Source: an uncultured Collinsella sp.
Lineage (GTDB): Bacteria > Actinomycetota > Coriobacteriia > Coriobacteriales > Coriobacteriaceae
NCBI GenBank assembly: GCA_902495945.1
Contig: CABUZD010000001.1
Location: 1 to 39,383, forward strand
Direction: 5' to 3'
Length of the DNA: 39,383 nucleotides
Of the stretch, positions 36,201-39,383 are shown one piece after another. The position numbers were made by a program, and so were the translations under genes. The notes beneath the pieces are model-generated. The model was not told where the DNA came from. It did not search any database and worked only from the letters and a program-made list of their open reading frames with translations. How positions within the stretch are numbered: the first letter of the stretch is position 1; every line of letters starts with the position of its first letter.

Positions 36201-39200
36201 AGCGTAAAGGAGTTGCCCACGGCCTTGCCGCTTGCATCGAATACGTGCGCCTCGTAACCCTTCTGGGACTCCGGCAGGGTGAACTTAAACGTAAAGGTCA
36301 GATCGTTGCCCTTCGCATCCTTGGTGGGCGCGGTAAGGCCACTGTCCGCCGTCACCGTCACGGTCTTAGTCACTTGCAGGCGTGCCACGCGACGATCGGT
36401 ATACTGCACGGCCGTTGCCGTGGTAAAGAGATGATTGAGCTGGAGTGTGCCCAGATCGGTGCCATTGGTGGCATCATCGTCTTGATAAAGGGCCATGCGG
36501 TTGATGCCCGTATCGGCAAAGATGGCCGCCAGCTGGCCGTTGCGCTCGCCACCATCCTCGACATAGCGCAAGATGGTCTTGGTACCTTGCGTCATCTTGT
36601 CATAGCGCATATGCATCAAGTTGCCCGCAAGAGAAGGCGTCACACCCTTGGCGGTACTCTGGCCCCATGTCAGGTTTCCGTTGGCGTCAACGGCCGCACT
36701 CTGCAGCTTGCCCTTAATGTGCGTAAGCGTGTTGTCGATGGAGTCGGGAGAGCCAAACTGCGCCAGGGAGGCAATCAGCGAACCCGGGCCGCTCATGCTG
36801 CGCACACCGTCGCCTTCCTTGCCGGCATCCACATACACACCAGAATCGTCCACGATTACCTTGGTGATGGTGTTGTTAATCTCATGGCCATCTGGACTTA
36901 CAGACTCACGCAGGTAGTACGTACCCTTGATAAGGGGTGCATGCTTTGTCGAATCGAGTGGGAAGCATGCAGCACCCTCAATGTCATACGGATAGGTCAT
37001 GTCGTTTACCTGCACGGTGTCATACGGCGTGGCACCGGCATTAATGGCATACGTGCTGGGGCTATCGCCGGTAACGTCCTCGGCCTTGTACAGCTCAAAC
37101 GTCGCGCCGTTCACGGGCTTGTCCAGGTCGTCGACCTTCTGCACAAACAGGCGGTTCTGAACGTTGGTGAGGTGGATCACCGTAGAGAACTGCCTGTTTA
37201 TCGTTTGATATTGAACCATAGAGGTGTTGTCGATGGTTGCCCCCGCCAGAGACGATGCCGTGGTGTGATACACCGCCACGGTATATTCCGCCTTCGACTT
37301 GTCCGTCATCATGGCGGCGTACTTCTCGATATCTCCGGGCAGTGACCTGACCGTCACCACGTAGTCGCCCTTGGTATCAACATCAAAGACACTCGTGTCC
37401 GCCGATTTGGCAGCCTCGACCGCACCGGCAATGCCGTGCGCGGAGCACAGCTTATAGCCATTGAGCGGGTTGCCCGTGACCGCCGTCCACGCGTCTTCGC
37501 TTGTGTGGTCCTCGCTCGCACCGGTGAGCTTGAGCACGACGGCGAAGGTCGTACCCGAGCTAATGGCGTTGCCCTTATTGTCTTTTGTTTCTTTATTAAG
37601 AGAAATGGTCTCCTTAGCGGCCAGATAGCCGCCGTTCAGCCACATGCGGCTACCCGTCCATGACTTGCCGTCGGCCGTGGTGACCGTCGTCTGCGGTGCA
37701 ACCACCACGCCACCCGTGCCGCTCGCAGCTTTCTTGTATTGCAGATGCAGCTCACCTGGCGTTGCGGTGGTTGATGAGGTCAGACTCGAGCGATATCCCG
37801 CGGGCAGGCCAACCTCTTTGAGTACAAAGTAATCGTGTCCCTCAGCGTGCTGGTTATCAAACGAAAGAACGGACCTGTCCGGCTTCAGAAGTACCAGCTG
37901 GCCATTGGCGTCCGTCGTGCCCTGAGCGATGGCCTCATCCTGCGCGTTCCAGTTGGCATCTGACTGATACAGAGCAAACTCGGCACCCTGGACTGCCTCG
38001 CCGTTCTGGTCGACCTTCGCGACCTCGGACGACGGCAGGGTGGTGAGGTTGAACTTAAGCGACATGTTCGATGCACCCGCGCCGCGCTCCAGATAGAAGA
38101 AGCTCAGCGTGTGCTTGGAGCTGTCGAGGAAGGTGTTGCCGGAGAATCTTCTGTTTGAAGTATCTGCGCCGGCAGCTTGGAACATCGCCTTAATGGTGGT
38201 GTCTTGAATTGTCTTTTCGGGATCATTGGCATTGTCGACATGACCGACATGCACGCCACCGGTGGCGAAGTTGATCTTGAGCGTCGCCTTCTCGTGGATG
38301 CCACCCAGATCGCCCACGAGTACGCCATCGATGTACACCCAGACGTCGTCATCGCCCGAGAACTCAAAGATCATATCTTTGTTACCGGTAGTCTTGCCGC
38401 TCGCAGGCTGGACAAACTCCGTGGTTACGGACATGCCAAAGTGATGGTTGAGATTCGTGCTTCCATCAATGATCTGCTTAGGGGAGAGGCTGTTGCCCTT
38501 CTCATCAAAAACCTTGTCAGCCGAGTCAAAGGGGAAGAACTGGCCCAGATTTGCATCTGATACGCCGCCCTTATATACGCCCGCCTTATCGTAGACGTTA
38601 AAGGAGTTGGTCGTGGACTTATATACGGCATAGTTACCTTTAGAACCATACGAGTCGTAAACGTAATAGCCATCCTTGAGCTGGAAAAGGCCCTTCACGT
38701 TGTTGTAGACGGCCTTGCCATTCTGCTTGCCGTTGGCCTGACTGTCGTTGTTAAAGAGATAGGCCAGCGATTCATCGGTGCAATCGCCTTTCGTGCCGTA
38801 TGAGGCATAGGTACCAGCCTTGATCTCGGGATAGCCATTCACCAGCGTGTTCTTCACAAATGGAAGACGTCCAAAGCCGTCAATGCTGCTTCTGCCCGTC
38901 CACTTGTTAATGCCCGTGCCGCCACCACCATTGAACTTGAGCTGGTGATTTTTGTTGATGCCGGTGTCGTTATTGCCATTATTGTTGTTTATGTTGACGG
39001 ACTTATCATTGGCGCCATCGACGACCCAGTAGTCGAACAGATTGACCGTGGTGCCGGTTGGATTCACCGTCTTCACGATGTGGTTGCTAAAGGGAACCGT
39101 CTGGTCGGCCGACGCACTCGTCGCACCAAACAAGAGTGCACACGCCGCCAGCGGGACGGCCAAAACCCTCAGGACACGCTTGGCGGTATTGGTTTTCTTG

Positions 39201-39247
39201 CCAAAAGGCTTTAGCATTTCTCGAGCTCTCGCACACACGCGATTCAT
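27290..39247 (-). CDS. Giant (~3985 aa) cell-wall-anchored adhesin: fibro-slime/PA14-like head, SpaA/prealbumin-like, about 15 Spy0128/FctA-like isopeptide domains, two DUF11-like domains, MPDTG anchor
   Basis: FSGDDDVWVYIDGVLVGDLGGIH...FFYLERG head; repeated KxLxGR...Y.vxE...YD...FTNxY units; MPDTG + TM + RRRR; ATG 39247 after GGGGAGG. Confidence 0.9.
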   Translation of the reverse strand: MNRVCARAREMLKPFGKKTNTAKRVLRVLAVPLAACALLFGATSASADQTVPFSNHIVKTVNPTGTTVNLFDYWVVDGANDKSVNINNNNGNNDTGINKNHQLKFNGGGGTGINKWTGRSSIDGFGRLPFVKNTLVNGYPEIKAGTYASYGTKGDCTDESLAYLFNNDSQANGKQNGKAVYNNVKGLFQLKDGYYVYDSYGSKGNYAVYKSTTNSFNVYDKAGVYKGGVSDANLGQFFPFDSADKVFDEKGNSLSPKQIIDGSTNLNHHFGMSVTTEFVQPASGKTTGNKDMIFEFSGDDDVWVYIDGVLVGDLGGIHEKATLKINFATGGVHVGHVDNANDPEKTIQDTTIKAMFQAAGADTSNRRFSGNTFLDSSKHTLSFFYLERGAGASNMSLKFNLTTLPSSEVAKVDQNGEAVQGAEFALYQSDANWNAQDEAIAQGTTDANGQLVLLKPDRSVLSFDNQHAEGHDYFVLKEVGLPAGYRSSLTSSTTATPGELHLQYKKAASGTGGVVVAPQTTVTTADGKSWTGSRMWLNGGYLAAKETISLNKETKDNKGNAISSGTTFAVVLKLTGASEDHTSEDAWTAVTGNPLNGYKLCSAHGIAGAVEAAKSADTSVFDVDTKGDYVVTVRSLPGDIEKYAAMMTDKSKAEYTVAVYHTTASSLAGATIDNTSMVQYQTINRQFSTVIHLTNVQNRLFVQKVDDLDKPVNGATFELYKAEDVTGDSPSTYAINAGATPYDTVQVNDMTYPYDIEGAACFPLDSTKHAPLIKGTYYLRESVSPDGHEINNTITKVIVDDSGVYVDAGKEGDGVRSMSGPGSLIASLAQFGSPDSIDNTLTHIKGKLQSAAVDANGNLTWGQSTAKGVTPSLAGNLMHMRYDKMTQGTKTILRYVEDGGERNGQLAAIFADTGINRMALYQDDDATNGTDLGTLQLNHLFTTATAVQYTDRRVARLQVTKTVTVTADSGLTAPTKDAKGNDLTFTFKFTLPESQKGYEAHVFDASGKAVGNSFTLKNGDTHSIKAGETIRVYDLKKDDSYSVSELTTKGEESSGNVLASIVNTVTGSAGESVLPAGFSLVSRKAGGEEQSGTGNTITGKIVALEDGKIPASNKLEFTNNYSVNPVKNGLSAKKVLEGRNWADGDTFTVQLTADDGVPMPGGAKSKVATVELTNDQPATFGDITYTKPGTYTYTIKEVIPGSNARADGISYSAASYTAKVVVEDNQAGALVVKSVEVVQVRDDAGEPAAAEVADKIATFTNRYDTHEHSIIIHAQKNLTDNAGSFPLSQNAFSFKLERVGGYADDNAAFDPDKVDTSIKAPMPQGAEGNTATVGNNADGTVTWPVISYTAKADAGRAYVYKFAENRGSVTGMTYDGSVYYAVVRNDKKGAGIQTSVEYYKAAENNSVKQLDENVTPSFTNIYSVEPTSVTLQGQKTVSGRDWNQGESYAFNLAAATDDAGATGLGKTTKQAVTDGAVAIGVNRAVASAPATGRVASFAFGTEAAPTVTFNRAGTFSFNITEKAAQDGQAGMSMDKHTARATVVVTDLDESGNHTGKLRVSSVTYANTGASDADKAVADKAAFTNAYHASGTFDGVTVSKTLEGRASAAGQFTFAVTGLWYNGVQTSVDGAEASLSNKAAGAGVSGAVVGASGQEKLFARTLTEQDLGHTFAYRIRENQPAAAGYAYDTGYTGDAIVLVKVLARKDDPAKLYAVTTVLKGAGVTELLGDGADASALTDEKIVQLKQDSNTYVQQYDASEAGATTPTVSFVNRYTASLDYGAAGGLQIEKTLTYPKDATIFGSPKSTFRYIVKPADETSASKVGISTDGKVFETANVEADAPKTVSLIPAGGLTFTQDDAGKTFTYTVSEIDDKATGYTYDKTIHTVRAVVADNGDGTLRVTTAVSKQVDGKDELEGQWIYPSGATSTGVATVKFKNTYTVTEAATYTPSVTKVVAGADAPGKFTFAMTAADDATKTAIDGKLITGSSMSAENGYAEEKQTTAALKDGEHYKLDFSKLTFNKPGTYKFAINELAPNGGLGEWTYDAHIYTLTITATDEGGKLVARADGATGSEGFIFTNRYRTSTSYELQGGLEIVKTLNGHDLHAGMFGFTVTGEDAASTDKLNKLLRADEGKLTVTNDEPQADGTSHTGILGGLTFATEDAGKTFTYKVVENGGGKGGYTYDSTYWMVEIAVNNRRDGSLYTVTTAKHYDANEAEEPHEKKIFSSESGTAKAQVFFTNSYAATGTFDGLTAEKVMDSGDKIETGQYTFDLYAEKADGSLEKMDEGTTRADEDGTATVDFGKVNFKLGDATSGTHEQTIDLAGAVNDGIATKRHNADHTTTYSFNLVAKERMANLPEGVRPVDTSATCRVLLEVTDNNDGTLTPKVTYRNGAEKGKIVFHNTRDKVKTIGTVAKPDVDIDGQLLSVGDSYVYTINWVNAETDADGNLVSANVTVKDELPVGVVFEAFEGEYADKGAASGQSLTWDLGKQPAGSHGSVRVRVKITEDAVKDAQGAVGTVENKAIVTVDNKSYTGTTTNFVPKKSESDVQDSNGSGVALGDELTYTIGYKNTEGASATVTITDAVPAGTEFVEFAGDHKDAGSKGNDGSLTWTLKDVPAGKEGTVQFKVRVTEDAFKSGGASGDISNQASVAVGNNPAVKTNTTTDQVSDGRLTLSKTVTAAEGITAPNKAFTFKVLLYQADGTTPLAGTFAYAGRPDGTNGTYVSGQIKSGDTIALKAGGSVTVTLPIGAHYEVQELDSKGELMTSEDGFAVVDKANPQKGTVGQATKVGFTNVYSVESTKVENAFKVQKKISGRNWTKADAFTMMLTAQGEAPMPKGAKEGVSTIELHKDAQVGNFGTIEYTKPGTYTYVITEPSGDETSLIFSKATYRATVTVADDGAGKLFAKTKIAQLTDDAGDAAERTVEAAVFTNTAKTGSLTVKKTVVGGDSQREFGFTVALADGDGEPVSGTFGKGEHVVTFTDGKATFTLKDGGEKTVAGLPVGARYTVTEDAVEGYTAAVNGADGSKAEGAVTEDGATVAFTNTYGTATEGRDISTAGLFTKTLEGRDWAEGDSFQFALAGEGGAPMPEGSADGSKTVSVTAAAGTRAGDRVAFDFGPIRYTLDDIKDAGFAEVGGKRVRAKTFTYTVREVRPDDGSAIAGVAYDGHVATMTVTVTDDGSGNLTATTPAIAQVSGGDFVNTYTTELDYSARAGVRLSKTLSGRAMEAGQFAFTVTADAETAAKLGLKTGKDAYAVAAADDGEADLVDLVGGAAESDVKFTDADAGKTYSFTVTETKLGGEGYTNDTAPRTVAIAPGYDAATGKLTVTTTVAKDGVEVARSEVSTADDATETPALVTVAFENSYEATGTLGGEGNVAINATKTLTGRAAAAGEFSFSVRDAQGDVVATATNRASGDGEAAGLAFSPIAYTTDTLEQMVADGTATRAADGSWAIPYTVSEDGTDRLPAGVTATASSFDITVKVTDNGKGGLDTAVVYPEGSGGTLSFVNGYGTNEATVDLAGTKTLALGQAGLGLTQADIEGKYTFKIAPLDGAPAPADASGKTVTEATNDAAGNVELGHVTFKQPSDLDDVEIDRDGLRTKTFAYRVSESGSVDGVANDATATRTFTVKVVEDTNAGTLSAEVLPAEGTPEGKGAFEFTNTYGVNPTPSSVTDQITVNKKLEGRDLAEGEFEFQLVEIAADGSESVAATGKNAADGTVVLSPVTYTAPGAHGYELREVAGTAGGVTYDKTTYRVRTTVTDAGNGTLAVKHELMDAEGNAANDTSVTFTNGYKAAPVTLKLGAAKVLKGAELKAGQFSFELKSRDGKVMSTAKNAADGSVTFDVLTFKQVGTYTFTVSEADDGQAHVTYDKAVRKIVVTVSDEAADGTRTGYLSARVSYEGDANLPPVFTNSYAENPGTPGTPENPGTPGGGSGGGSDNGSGSGSGGDGSKGGMPDTGDRSLPVEALAAMAGIGALAVAGGAALYRRRR

Positions 39248-39328
39248 GAAGGCCCTCCCCAATCCATGAGGACGGCAAGCAGCGGCTCATTATATATGTG
39301 TCGTCGTCCCCATCGATGCAAATATACG

Positions 39329-39338
39329 CCCCCCCCCC
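39329..39338 (-). repeat. G10 homopolymer (minus strand) in the upstream region of the giant adhesin
   Basis: Ten consecutive C on the plus strand, between candidate TTGCGT and TATATT boxes. Confidence 0.75.
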
Positions 39339-39383
39339 GCGCAGAAACGCAAGGCAGGACATCGCAATATACTTAAAATTGTA

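Overview
GC-rich bacterial chromosomal window; gene content and the LAxTG sorting motifs suggest Coriobacteriia (Collinsella-like), which is an inference. Left half, housekeeping and physiology genes: Tex, transaldolase, Cof-type HAD hydrolase, RlmKL, a kup - small membrane ORF - KdpD-like kinase - KdpE potassium module, a nitroreductase and an LTA-synthase-family sulfatase. Right half, surface-protein-rich accessory region: three sortase-anchored proteins (about 1360, 355 and 3985 aa), a flavodoxin, a heterodimeric ABC exporter and the SRP RNA gene. The most striking unexplained signal is a bipartite non-coding module present twice, bracketing the ~1360-aa surface protein gene. Each copy is a ~130-nt covarying hairpin element followed by a strictly phased array of alternating-orientation 14-bp motifs with 18-nt and 16-nt variable spacers (62-bp period). 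Also notable: a KdpE-type box upstream of kup, a poly-G tract in a candidate promoter spacer of the giant adhesin, a degenerate RlmL half, and several long intergenic inverted repeats.
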